Shown here piece by piece: positions 37,731 through 49,874 of a stretch of 64,000 nt of DNA. The notes under the pieces are model-generated. The model was not told the origin of the DNA. It was given only the letters and a program-made list of their open reading frames with translations, and made no database searches. The position numbers were made by a program, and so were the translations under genes. The stretch's first letter is position 1; each line of letters opens with the position of its first letter. Origin of the DNA: Sminthopsis crassicaudata (lineage: Eukaryota); assembly GCF_048593235.1 (NCBI RefSeq), contig NC_133622.1, positions 249,740,055-249,804,054 on the forward strand. Direction: 5' to 3'.

Positions 37731-39599
37731 CTGACAATAGCATTATAGTACACGATATTCTACTGGACCAATCACCCTCTCTTTGATCCTACATTTTTGG
37801 TCCAGTTTTTCATTTACTCAAATACTGTGGCTATGATTTTTTTTTAAGTCCATATGGGTCGTTGACCTTGAAATGTTTAGGTCAGAGTAGACCTGGAGTT
37901 CTCCGGACCAACTACAATGACCCGTCTTCAATAGCAGATTTTTGAGGAATCTGGTATTTATCACTGCGTGTAGTTGGAGAGAAGTAAAGAGGAACGAGAT
38001 GGTATTTGGTCTGCAAAGGATTGAGGGATTGCTCACCATGATTCCTCAGGCACCCAGGGCCCCCATTTTGGAACTAGTGCAACATAAGTTAGGAGGGAAA
38101 CATGGAAGCAGCAGAGCCAGGTCTGGAAGCCAGGTGTCCTGAATTGAGGTAGTTGGCTCTTGCCGGCACCCCCCATTGCTCTTCCCTGCCTTGACCTATC
38201 CCAGCTACAAGGAGCTCTTAGGCTGCAGGTGCAGAGGAGCTGCCTGTTCTACTCTGCTGTCACTTTCCTGAAGGCTGAACCCTGGGGAGAGCAGCACCAC
38301 TGGGCAGGGTCCCTGGGGCAGCTATTTCTGGAGTGTGCTTTCTATTTAAGGTATATCAGGCTGGAGAGCTGTCTCCCAAGCACGTGCCTCCCAGCATGGC
38401 TGCAAGCCTACAGCCCAGCTGGGGCCCCAGGCAGCGGGAGAGCAGTTCCGGCCAGTCCTGGGAGATCAAGAAAAAGGCCACCAGAGGCTGGCCCGAAGGA
38501 AGCCGGCCCTGTGCACATTGCAGTTGGATTAGAAGGCAGAGGGCCTGGCTTTGGGACTGGGATCGCAGGTGAGTCATTTCCTGCTTTGGGCTTTAGCTTT
38601 TGCTTAGTGTAAAAGTAGGGGCTCCGATTAGCCCTCCTAGTGGGGGCTCCGATTAGCCCTCCTAGTCCTGGCATTCCACCTTCTAAGGTCCCTCTGAGGC
38701 TGAAATCCCATGCTCTGAGGCCATTTCCAGCCTTGAAATTCCATATTTTAGGGCCTGCCCTGTTCCAGAATCCTCTGTTCTCAGTCAGGTCTGCCCAGCT
38801 CTGGTGGTCCTCAGTTGACCTGTTTCCACAGCCCCGGGGTCAAGAGGCTGACTTAAAACTCTCCCTACTCCCCCTCCTGCCTCCCCACCCATTAGGACCT
38901 AAATGCCTGAGCTGGGAGAGGAAGGCAGTTTCTTATCTCCTGCCAATCGTCTGTTCTCTCACTTTTTGCCAAAGTTTGGAGCAAACAGGAGATGGGGTGG
39001 GGAGGAAGGGAGGCACAGGGAGATTACAAAGAAGCAACATCTTTGCCAAGGAGTTCTGGCTCCGGCCCCTTGGTGGACACACGGGGCAGTGGGGTGGCCG
39101 GTTGGAGCCCTTTGGGACTGCCTGAGGAAGCTTGAGCCAACTGCCCAGCCCTGCCCTCCCTTCGAGCCCAGCCACACTTTCTCTTTGTGCCTCGGTTTAT
39201 CATTTTGGGTTGGATTATCTAAATCTAACACCTCACTTTCTTGATCTGAAAATGTGGCTCTGTCCCAGCTGGCCCATAAATGTTCCTTGTCAATGTTAAG
39301 TCCAGCTTGACTTTCCTAACATTCCAAGCTTCACCTGTTCTCTGGGTAATCAGGCCCTACAAATAAGAAGCCCCTGAAAGCTTTCCTGCCCAGCCTGGAT
39401 CCGATTGATCCTGCAAGGCTCGCCTGCTGTGGAAGGCTGGCCTTGACCATGAAAACGTCCCACTTGGATGGAAGGCACCAGGAAAGTCGTCTACTTTCAC
39501 CCCTTCCTTTGATAAAATGAAGAAACTGAGACTCAAAGGAATCATAGGATCCCAAGAAGGGAACCCAGAGGGCCTCCAGTGCCACTCTTTTATTTATTT

Positions 39600-39735
39600 T
39601 TGCTGAGGACATTGGGGTTGTGACTTGTCCAGGATTACCCAGCTATGAAGAGTTAAATGTCAGAGATCACATTTGAACTCAGGTCCTCCTGACTTCAGGG
39701 CTGGTGCTCTATCCACTGCGCCCCCTAGCTGCCTG
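39600..39735 (-). mobile_element. WSINE1-type marsupial SINE
   Basis: gtgacttgtccagg...tttgaactcaggtcctcctgacttcagggctggtgctctatccactgcgccccctagctgcc is the reverse complement of a tRNA-derived head with A and B boxes. Confidence 0.8.
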
Positions 39736-40572
39736 GTCCCACTCTCTTTTTATAGATTAGGAAAAAGTTGGTTTTGCCTTTCTCCAAAGGTCTGATACAG
39801 TACTTGGCAAGAGGCCATTAGTTACTAGCTTGGGAGACAGCCTTTCCAACTTATTTTACAGATGAGGAAACTGAGGCAGAGTTAAGTGAGTCACAGAGAT
39901 TCTGAGGCCAGATATTAACTCGGTCATCCTAACCCCAGGCCAGCATTCTACCCGGCTACTAACCAGCTGCCCAAGGAGACAGAACAAGCTCTTTCTGCCT
40001 ACCCGGCTAGTCTCAGGTTGTTCCTTTGAGATGACAGGGCTGGATGTTAGAGGCCTCGAGGTCCCCTCCAGCTCCAGAGTCACCTCATCCTTAGGGTCAA
40101 GTCTTTCTGGTAAAGGATGTGTGATTCTCCGAAGTGTGCTGGGAAGCAGACACCCCTCCTTCCCGGTTTCCTCCTCCACAGGGCTTATATTCTACCAGAG
40201 ATAGGACAGGTAAGCAAATACAAGGGACCGAGCAGGCTAAGTCCCCAAAGGCCTGCTCTCTGCTCACCTTGAAGGGTGGGGGGAAGGGGAGGAGCAATCA
40301 CAGGAGGCTTCTCGGCAGAGGCAGCACCTAAACCCGACCTAAGAGGACCCGACATTCTAAATTGGCTCAGTCTGGCCGCAACCAATAGGGACTGAAGCTG
40401 AAGGACATGCCAGGCCAGGAAATTGGCATTTTATTGCAGAGGCAACGGGGAGCCATGGCAGGTTCATGAGCTGCAGAGAGAGGATCAGACCACCAAGGAC
40501 ACGATCTGGTGTCGGCCCAGCCTCAGACGCGGGAGAAGAGAAGCAGGAGAGACAACAACAAATGACTCGGTT

Positions 40573-40578
40573 TTTATT
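40573..40578 (-). terminator. Polyadenylation signal of BAD (a second candidate at 40430-40435)
   Basis: tttatt on + about 400 nt downstream of the BAD stop, with another at 40430-40435. Confidence 0.55.
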
Positions 40579-40639
40579 GCCACTTTCACATAGGGAAACC
40601 CTGGAGTCTGCTACAAGAGTAGCTGTCCGGGGGAGAAGT

Positions 40640-40940
40640 GGTTAATCTCGGTTCTGACCACGGCGCAGGCGCAACGAAGCCCCGCCCCCAAGGCGATTGT
40701 TAGGGATCTGGAAGTCTAGTTGCAGCCTCTTCCGGCGACCATGTTGGCTGTGGGCAGAAAAAGCCTTCCCACTGTCGCGATGCCGGCGTCCTGGCTCCCC
40801 AAAGAATTCGCACGGCTTCGGCAAGATGCTAGTCACGCCACGGGCTCTCTGACTCCCTGAACTTTTACTTCTGCTCTCGGTCCCGGTAAGTCGGGGCAGA
40901 GCACTTCCGCCCTTACCCAACATGGCCGCCAAACTACTTC
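40640..40940 (+). promoter_or_regulatory. CpG-rich housekeeping-type promoter antisense to the BAD 3'UTR
   Basis: NRF1-like gcgcaggcgca (40663), GC box (40681), ETS sites ggaagt and acttccgc (40710, 40903), two YY1-like motifs (40734, 40917) and a perfect + strand donor CG/GTAAGT at 40885/40886. Confidence 0.5.
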
Positions 40941-40979
40941 AGGGATGGGGTGCGTGGAAGGAGGGGGAAGGGGTGGGGG

Positions 40980-43900
40980 TCAGTGGGAAGGACCGACGCT
41001 CCCTTTCCCCAAATTCCGCCCAAACCAAGACTGGAAGGTGCGGGTCCAGCCATGGCTCCGACGCATCTGGCTCGCAGTGCCTGCGCTCTTCGGGCGGGGA
41101 AGTCCCTGCAGGGGACGGGAGAGGGGGAAAGAAAACAAGAGCAAAGATTTAAGTGATTGGCTACCTCGAGCATTTGTCCCGCCCCCCACTCAACTTCCGG
41201 CACTCCCCTTTTCCCTCCCACTATCCCTTCGCGGCCTTTCGGAAGCTCGCGACTACAACGACCAGCATGCCCTGCGGCCACAGGACGCCCCCTACCGCTA
41301 CCTTGAAGGTGCAATGAAACTCGTCGCTCATCCTGCGCAGCTCGCTGCCATAATGCCGCGCCGCCCAGAGGATAGGGGGCGCTGAGCTGGAGCGGCCCCG
41401 GAAGAGGCCGCGCTCCTCCTCCCCTTCGGAGCGCTCTGCTTCGGCCTCCGCTTCGGGGCTCGCCTCCCGGGAGCCCTCCCGAAGTGGGGGGTAGGAGATC
41501 AGGCGGGGCCTCCCTGCGCCGGCGCCTACAGAGGAAGCGGAGGAGAGCGCGGTTCATTTCTTCCCTCTGGTAGTCATTCATTTTCCCCGTCATTAGTTCT
41601 CCCCACTAGAACGTCTCCAATGCCCCGATCGCTTGCGTTGAAGCTTTTCAGGGACTGACTTCACGCATCTGATGTCAACTGTGTCATTCTCACCCCCTCA
41701 ACACATCCACCCAATGCAAGGCGCTGCCTTCCGGCCTGCTCAGCCTCTCCTTACCTTCCACTCACTTACCCTTGAAACCGCCTTTTCTTCCTAAGCACTT
41801 ATTAGGCACCTACTGTGTGCCTGGTACCATGGTGGTAAGGGCCGGGGATGCAAAGAGAGGGAAAAGGAGCCTCGTGTCCTCACATCTGGCTCCTAGTCTG
41901 GACCGCCCGCCTCTGCCAGCTCCCTCACCTCCTAGGACAAGCTGGGCCTCCCCGACTGCTTTCCTCGAGACCTCTCCCCACCACGTGCACAAAAAACCTT
42001 CCAGTGAAAACCTGAGGGGCCCCTCCCCACACAGCCCCCAGGGACGTGATGGGCCTTGGGGGTCCCCTGACCTTAGGGCTTCTGTTCTAAGGAGTCCGGG
42101 GTCTTCTGGCTGGGGAAACTGCCCCGCCTATCCGAAGACCGCCCTGAATTCATCTGGAGCTCACTTCCCAGCCTTACCCTCCGACACATGAAAGCCTTGC
42201 TTCGGTCTCTTTACTGCATTGGAACCTTTGTCCGCTCAGAAATGGCGTCTCATTGCTTTAATACCCTGCCCCTTGACTAGCAGATGGCTTCAAGTCTGCA
42301 GATTCTTTTGAGACACTGGTCTAGGACTTTTGGGGTCCCCTTTACAACCTCAACACTTGCACCGGACAGTATGCTGGCTAATAACACCTTGTACTTATTC
42401 CAGCTTTTTTGCCAAAGGACGACTTTACATTTAATCCTATTGAATTTCATCGCCCTTTAGCGTCCCCGTGAACCTTTCAGGGGTTGCCAGGGTCAAAACT
42501 ATTTTCATAATGCTAAGCTATGTTAATTTCTAAGATGGTGACTATTGATAAGACCCATATAAATGAAGGCTTTTTGGGGGTTCTCAGGAATTTTTAAGAG
42601 TATAAAGGCCTCCTGAGAGCAAACAGGTCCGGAATCACTGCCCGGAATCATTGTACAAAAACTTTAGCCGGCCCAGGGCCAATCACAGATGCTTAGGGGT
42701 ATTTTAATGGGGACCTTCTGGTGTAGTGACATTGGATGATTGACAACAACTCTATCATTATGGCAATCCAACTAGTTCCAACACCATCTAATTACGTCAT
42801 CCTTTCTTCTCTTCTGCAAGAAGAGCATTGACACTGTATCAAAAAAAGGCTTTGCTTGAAAACTGGCAAAACTGACAACGGGAATAGACAATGCTGGAAG
42901 AAAGTGCACTGATACATTGTTGGTGAAACTGTGAAGTGATACAACCATTCTGAAAAGCAAAAACACTGATGCAAATAAAGTGACTGTTGTCTATACCCTT
43001 TGACCCAAAACTGTTCCACTGTTTACTTTATACCCCAAAGATGTCACTGACAAAAAGAAAGGCCCTTTATATAGCCAACTATTTCCAGCAATACTTACCC
43101 ACTGAGAAGAGGTCTCACAAATGGGAGCACTTGTATCACTCTACATTAACTACTGATAGACATAAGGAATACAGAGAACAGTCTGATGTAAAGTGATCAG
43201 AGTCAGGAGAATGATATACAAAACGATTACAACGATATAAATGAAAAGAACAACAATCACAAAATAATCCAATGATACAGGGCAAGGCTGGCCCCAAGGA
43301 AGAGATAGAAGACAGAAGAGGCAGAGGTGGGGGTCTAGGGGGAATGGTGTACACATTAAACCTTTTTTGATGCACTTGCTGAATTTTTTTCCTCTTCCTC
43401 TCAAAAAGTGTTTAATAAAATTGTAATAATAAGGTATAACATATTTAATAAAATAATAAAACATTTTAAATAAATGTAGGTGACCAAAACAAAAGATGTA
43501 AATATCTTACATATGTCATCATATTATATATATATTATAAAGATATTACATTTGTATTTTGCTATGTCCTTTATAAGGCCACAGACCTAGAAAGGGAAGG
43601 GCTCTCAGACCCATCTGCTTGTCACAATGCCCTTCTGAGCTGACTGCTATTATCACTCCCATTTTACAAAGGAGAAAACAGGCTTTCAGACCTGGGACTT
43701 GCCTAGGATCATAGCTCGGCAGTGTCAAAGGCAGAATTTGAAGCCAGGTCTCCCAGATCCTCCATTCTCTGTTTCATGTTGCCTCACCTGACTTAAATCT
43801 GGGGCTCCTGCTGCGAGAATGATGGTCATGGGATCACCCCCTCCTCAAAAATCTAGAGGCCTAAGCCCAGCAGAGCATTCCTGGACAAGCTGGACTTTGG

Positions 43901-45727
43901 TTTGAAGAGCCTCCTGGGTCATGGGTGGGGTGCTCAACAGAAACCATTATCTCCTATCCTCCTGCCCTCAGCTAAGAGCCCCTGGTGCGCCTGAAAACCT
44001 CAAGAAGGGATCTGCCCAGCCCCTGACCTCAGTCAGGGGGAGGGAAGGCCCAGATGAAAAGGGGGAGGAGACTGGAGTTCCAATTCACCTCTGACACTGT
44101 GTGGTCCCGGCCAGAGGAGAATACCTGCCCCAGCAAGGCAGCTGAGATCCAGAGTTCTGCTACTTGAGGGGCTCTCCAAGCTCTGAGCTAAGGAAGGGGG
44201 CTCTTGGGCCAAAAGAAAGAAGTGTCGGGTGCTCTCAGGCTGGACTCCAAGAAGATGCCCCAATGGCCCCCTTCCTGTTCCTTCCCTTTCTACACTTTTA
44301 TCAAACTTTATCAAAAGCTTAGCTTGAAAAAAGATAAAATTGACAAGCGGGAATAGACAATGTGGGAAGAAAGTGCACTGGTACATTGTTGGTGGAGCTG
44401 TGAAGGGATATAACCATTCTGAATAGCTGTCCTCTGCTGCCCAGCTCCTGTCCTCTTCCTTCTCATTCCTCCTTTTCCTTTTTTCCCTGCCCTTCCTTCA
44501 CCTTGCTCTCTGAGGCTCCCTGCTGCCCAGATCTTCTCCTCCCCTGTCCCCTGCTTTGCACCTGTTCTTCCAGTCCCAGGGGAGCCCATAGGGTGTGGGA
44601 CAGTCCAAGGAACTAAAACCCTGGGCAGAAGAGCTCCGTTGGGCTGATGGCCTTCATGGAGGGCGAGCTCATCCAAGCACTGTGCCAGGTGCCCGTCAGC
44701 CAACCCATGTGAGGGGGCCTGAAGTCCCTGGGATGCTCCCTCAGACACACCTGCCATAGGGAGGAAGGGCCTTCAAGAGACAAAGCCACAAGGACTTTGA
44801 CGAACTCGTATAAATGAAATGAGGATAAAAGAGGTTAATCTTCATTCACTCAGCAATCCCAAGTGCTGGGGAGGGGGAAGGCGGCCTGTCATTGTTTCCC
44901 AGCATCCTCGGCCCCCCAGACCCCTGCCCTCCAGAGCTTCTGTGACCTCACCCAATCGGAATGCAAGCCCCAGGCTGTCCGGGCCAGCCCAAAGGTTTGT
45001 AGAGTGAACAACAGGTTGGGTGTGGAGGGCAGGGAGCTGGCAGCTGCCTTCTTCCTGGGGGCCACCCCTAGGTTTGGGGCTGACCAGAGCTAGGACAGGT
45101 GATCCAGGGAAAGGCCTCATGGGCTGGGCCTGAAACACAGGTCCCGGGACTGCACTGGGAGGTGCTGGGCCGGGCCCAGTGCCTCCGAGGGCAGCAGAGT
45201 GGCGGGCTTTTCCAAGCCCCTCCCCTGGTGGCTTGGGAGCCGGGGACTGGGTTTCCTCGAGATATAAAACTAGTGAAGGTGTGTTGGACACAAGTGGCTA
45301 AGCCAGGCCCAGTCCCTCAGATAACAGTGGACCCTGCTCCTGCTGACTAGCTAGGTGGCTCTAAGGCTCAGTTTTCCCATCTGTAAAATGGAGATGGAAA
45401 TAGCTATTCCCCTGGGCAGCCCCAAAATCTTAGTGCGGTTTTAAAGCTCTCTGCTCCTCAGGAGCTGGACCACCTTGGCCAGCCTACAAAAGGGGGAGTT
45501 CGGAGCCCTCTGGGATGGCAGAGTGGCAACACCACAGAGAGGCCGGAGGGGGGCGTGTACCTACCCTCATGGTGGTGGGCTCCAGGTGCTGCTCTGTGTC
45601 CTGGCCTGAGCGGGGTGAGGCTGGGGGCAGTGGAGCTGTGTTTGCCCAGCCCCCTGGGCTCCCCTGGGTCACAGGCAGAAGGGTCTTCTCCGGGCTCACT
45701 CGGCTCAAACTCGGGGATCTGAAACAT
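40980..45727 (-). CDS. BAD: BCL2-associated agonist of cell death, 170 aa, 3 coding exons
   Basis: Exons 45727-45565 ([11 protein letters not shown]...HHHE), 41525-41302 ([13 protein letters not shown]...[34 protein letters not shown]) and 41105-40980 ([14 protein letters not shown]...GPSH*). Introns are GT-AG with phases 1 and 0, total 513 nt. The BH3 motif LRRMSDEF is intact. An upstream acceptor at 45756 implies a non-coding first exon. Confidence 0.95.
42500..42640 (-). mobile_element. Possible hAT-family DNA transposon remnant
   Basis: The reverse strand resembles hAT-Tip100 (Arthur-like) sequence, ttaaaaatt..gag.accccca.aaagc.tt..ttatatggg.ttatc...attagaaatt. Recognised from memory only. 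Confidence 0.3.
42820..43500 (+). mobile_element. Old degraded LINE-1 3' fragment in a BAD intron
   Basis: Remnants of the ORF2 C-terminus (caatgctgg...acattgttggtg...aaccattctg; ccctttgaccca...tataccccaaag) followed by 3'UTR-like and A-rich sequence. Confidence 0.6.
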
Positions 45728-46969
45728 GCTCACAGGGTGGGAGGCATCCTCTGGCCTGGGGAGGAGAGAGGAGGTGGGTGGCTGGGGGAGGGGAGCGGCA
45801 GAAGAGGCCACTGGGTGTTATGGGGGAGGTGGAAGAGATCACTGGATGCCAGGGGAGAGAGGCCTTCAGGTGCCAGGGGTAGGATGGAAGAGACCACCAG
45901 GTGCTGGGGGAGGCAGAAGAGGGAATTCTGATGAGGACAGGTTCCTCTGTCCCTTTCCACCTGCTCGACTCCAGCACCATTTCTAACCTAATATAACCGT
46001 GTTAGAACGTAACAAGCCTCGGTGGTCAGAGTCTGGGCAACCCTTGCCTTCAAATCCTGCCCCTGATCCTACTAGCCGAGTGACTTTGGGCAGACTGTTA
46101 CCTTCTAAGACACCGTATAAGATGGCCAGCCATCCGCCTCCATGGGGGGGGATCTCCTTAATGTCACAAGTTAGGGACCTCTAGGGCTAAATAACCTTTT
46201 ACAGAAAAGGAAACCGAGCCCCAAGGAGGTGAGGTCCAAGGGCATAGAGAACCCAGGCTCCCAATGGACTGCTGTCTGACACCGTCCTTCTCTCAAGGCC
46301 TCCGTTTTCCCATTTATAAGAGGGAGAACATTTTCATGTCCCCCAAATGTGTTTGGAGCTGAAAGAGAGAGGGGCAGTTTTTCATTTTTTGTGTGCCCAG
46401 TGCCCTGCCCATCAAACTGAGTCCAGGCACAGCCCAAATCCCAAAGAGAGACGGTGGGCCACTATCATCTCTAAGGGCAGGGCCTGGATGAAATTTGACA
46501 AGCATCAGCCATCAGTCCCCCAGTGGGTGCCCCATGCCCTGGGCTACATGATCAGCAATGAAGAGTTCCTACTCTAGAGGTGTTCCAGAGAAGGCATCCA
46601 TAAGGGAGTACAAGAACCCCACCTTGGGCCCCTCCAGAACCTTCCCAGTGAGCCATTGGGGCCTTATCCCGAACAGGAAGAACCATGCCCCAGGGTTCTG
46701 GCCATCACCTCCCTCCCTTTCTGTCTCTAGGAACCATAATCCAGTGGGCCAGCCCCCTGGGCCCCAGAAGTGTCAGCCAAGCCACCTTCTGCCCTTCCCA
46801 TCGGCCAGTGCTTTCTCCCATTGACCCAGTCAATAACCCATCAACCAGCACCCCCTTGGGGCTCCCCAGGGCCTCTCTGTGTACTCCCAGATGGAGACCT
46901 GGCATTCAGCAGGTGTTTAATAAATGTCTGATGACTGACCAGCCAGTCAGAGAAGACCACACCTGTTAG

Positions 46970-47210
46970 GGAGTGTCCTTGTTGGGTTGCTTGGCTCTTC
47001 GTGACCCACCTGGAGTTTTCATGGTAGAAATACTGCCATTTCCCTCTCCAGCTCATTTTACAGATGAGGAAATTGAGGCAAGCAGGGGAAAGTGAATTAT
47101 TACCCAGAGTCCCACAGCTAGAAATGTCCGAGGCTGGATTTTAACTTAGCAGATGAGTCTTTCAGACTCCAGGCCCCGAACTCTATCTACTATTCCATGT
47201 AGCTTCCCCT
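46970..47210 (-). mobile_element. Mar1-type CORE-SINE
   Basis: Reverse complement of the Mar1 tail (gccatttccctctccagctcattttacagatgaggaaattgaggc), core and head. Confidence 0.7.
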
Positions 47211-47699
47211 GGTACCCAGTAGGTGCTTAATAAATGCTTGTTAACCCCATAATACCCATGGCATTCCAGGTCAAACTACTACTTCCTGGCTACCATTCCC
47301 TGGTGATAGCAGGGAGCAACAAGCAATTATTGCCTACTATGTGCCAGTGCTAAGAGCTACAGATATAAAGGAAGGCTGAAGGCAGCCCAGGTCCTCAAGG
47401 AGCTACTATCTAAGGGGAAGGTGCTATGTAAACAACAAGGTATCAATGAATTATAAACAGGGGAAAACGGGGCTAATTAAAGCGGGGCCTGCCGGCACCC
47501 CCTAATTACTGACTTAATTTCTGCGGTTCTTTCAAGCACATGGGTAGGATTTGAACCCGGGGCCCCAGCCCGGAGAGCCCGAACTCTCTTCCTAGGGCAC
47601 CAAGGTCACATGGGAAGCAAAGGGTCTCGCCCTGCTCCTGGGACTTCCAGGTCAAGGGTCCGGGGCTCCGCCCAGCTCCCTCCGGGAGGATGAGTCCCC

Positions 47700-49100
47700 G
47701 CTAAGAACTCACCTTCCTGCAGCCGGGAGGATCTGCCCGCCTCTCCCCACAACCTCCGGGTTCAATTCCCCCATTGGACCGAGGAGGGAACGTGGCCAGG
47801 GCCGCCCCCGACAGTAAGCCGGGCCAGGTAACGAGTCCGGTGCCCCAAGCGTGGTCCAGGGGGCTCCCCGGGATCCAGGGTAGGGTGGGCTGCGATCTAC
47901 ACCGGCAGAAGGGCTTCCACTCCGGAAAAGCCCTTCCCCCCAGCGGCCCCGGGAGGGGGAGGGGGGGCCAAGCTTAACTTCCCCATTAAACGGAGGGAGA
48001 AACTGAGGCTGGGAGGTGGGATCGCGCCGGCTGTGCCTCCATCCCTCTCCATTTCCTTCCCCGCGAGGCAACTCCCCGGACTTCCCTCCCTCCAGCGCCC
48101 TCCCTCCCAGTCCCGGGAGGCTGGCTCCCTGCGGCCCGGCCCGGGCTCGCCCTTGGCTGTGGCCGTGGGTGAAGGAGGCTTACCCGGACGGGCAGCCCCG
48201 GACTTCTCTCGCCCTCTCTCCCCGGGTCTCTCCCTCTCTCTCCCCTCCTCTTTCCCTCCCTCCCGTTTTCGTGGGAGCCCGGCCCCCGTTGCCTGGGTGA
48301 GAGAAACTGTCACGAACCTAACCCAATCAGCTCCTGCGATGTCACCCCGGCTGGGAGGGAGGGTGGGAGGAGGGGAAGAAAGAGGTGGGGAGGGTCTCCC
48401 CTCCCCCACCCCAGTCCCTGACTCCTCCCCCCGCCCCCCTCCAGCCCCAGGCCCGGGGCAGGGGCCGGGGCCCGGTCTGGCCGGCTTGCTGCCCCCGCCC
48501 TGGGCCCCTCAGGTTACTCTGAGTATTTTTGATTCTTCCTTCCTGTGGCCCTGAGCTTGCTTCCTTCCAGCATGGAGGGCTGGGACTAGGGGGGAGAGGC
48601 GGGGGGGGGGGGGGGGCGGCCGAGATTGCAGGAGCTTCGATTTCAAGCTGGCGGGCCTCGGGAGTTATTTTACACTGCCCCTCCCCCTCCAGCGCTGCCG
48701 AGCCCAGCCCCCATCCCGGCAGCGGCCCCCTCCCCCCGCTTCCTCCTGACTGGACTCCCACCCCCTTCCTGGGCTGCGCCTCCTGGATACCTAGTATCCT
48801 CTCCCCCTCCGCAGCCCGCTGTTTTCCCCCGTCGAGGGGAAGCCCCCTGAGGGCAATTAACTTTCCCTTCTCCCCGCGCTCTGTAAACGCTCGTTGTCCG
48901 GCGTCCGCTTTGTGGCCAGAGGGAAACTGAGGCGCTGGAAGGTGAGGACGCTGGCGAGAGTCACCTAACTGGGGAGAACAGGCCGCTCGAACCCCGCGGC
49001 CCACTCCAAAGCCGAGCGTTTCCCGGGGGGGGTACTCTCCCTTTCGGGGCCCCCATTTGTCCCCCCCCCATTTGTCCCCCCCCACTGCTTGGTTTGGCCC
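47700..49100. promoter_or_regulatory. Orphan CpG island between the BAD ATG exon and the GPR137 promoter
   Basis: CpG-dense, with no recognisable coding exon. A - strand donor AG/GTGAGT lies at 47713/47712. Confidence 0.55.
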
Positions 49101-49874
49101 ATCCCAGAGTATTCCTCAGTGGGACTCAGTTAACTTCGTGTGAGCCGAGGCCCGTTGCGCCCTCCGCTAAAAACCAAGCGCCGTCGTCTGGGAACTGTCT
49201 TTGGGGTGGAGGTCTGTCTTGGGTTCCAGTGCTCCAAGCCTCAGTCCCCTCTTCTGTAAAATGGGCGTATCAACAGTGCGGCTGGGGGTTAGGGGGAATT
49301 AGCAAAGGCTGCTTGGGAAACGGTCTGCCCCCTGACCCCCGGCATCCTCAGTGCCAGCCGAATCCCAGGCTCACAGGAAACTTCCCTCTCCTTCGCTTCC
49401 GATTCGGCTGGAGCTTGTTTGTGCTCGCTTTCCCGTCAGATCGGAATCCTCCACGCGCAGGGGCGATGTTTAGATTCTTTTTTGTATCCCCAGCACGTGA
49501 GCCTCCGTGAGTCCGTAATAATTGTTAAGGACTGGGTGACCGTTATAAGAATGGGAGTGAATAACAATAACGATGATACTTTAGTTGGGATTTGTGAGGT
49601 TCTCACAGCCTCCCGTACTCTCTCTCTCTACCACGGAAGGTGCAGTAGAATGTGGGAAACCGGAGCCCGAAGATCCGGGCCGGAAGCGTGTCTCCTCGGG
49701 AAGTCTGCTGGGACTTGGAAACGGCCCTTCTGGCTGAGTGCTCGACAAGGATAACCCAGTGCTCTTGCCATTTCCGTCCGCAGATCATTTTATAAACGAG
49801 GAAACTGAGGCAGGCAGAAAGAGGTGACGTGCTCAGGGTCACACAGCTAGGAAGTGTCTGAGGCTGGATTTGAT

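Noticed and set aside
44560-44760. Exon-like + strand segment ([15 protein letters not shown]) in the BAD intron
   Set aside because: No frame is open between a plausible acceptor and donor, and no homology is recognised.
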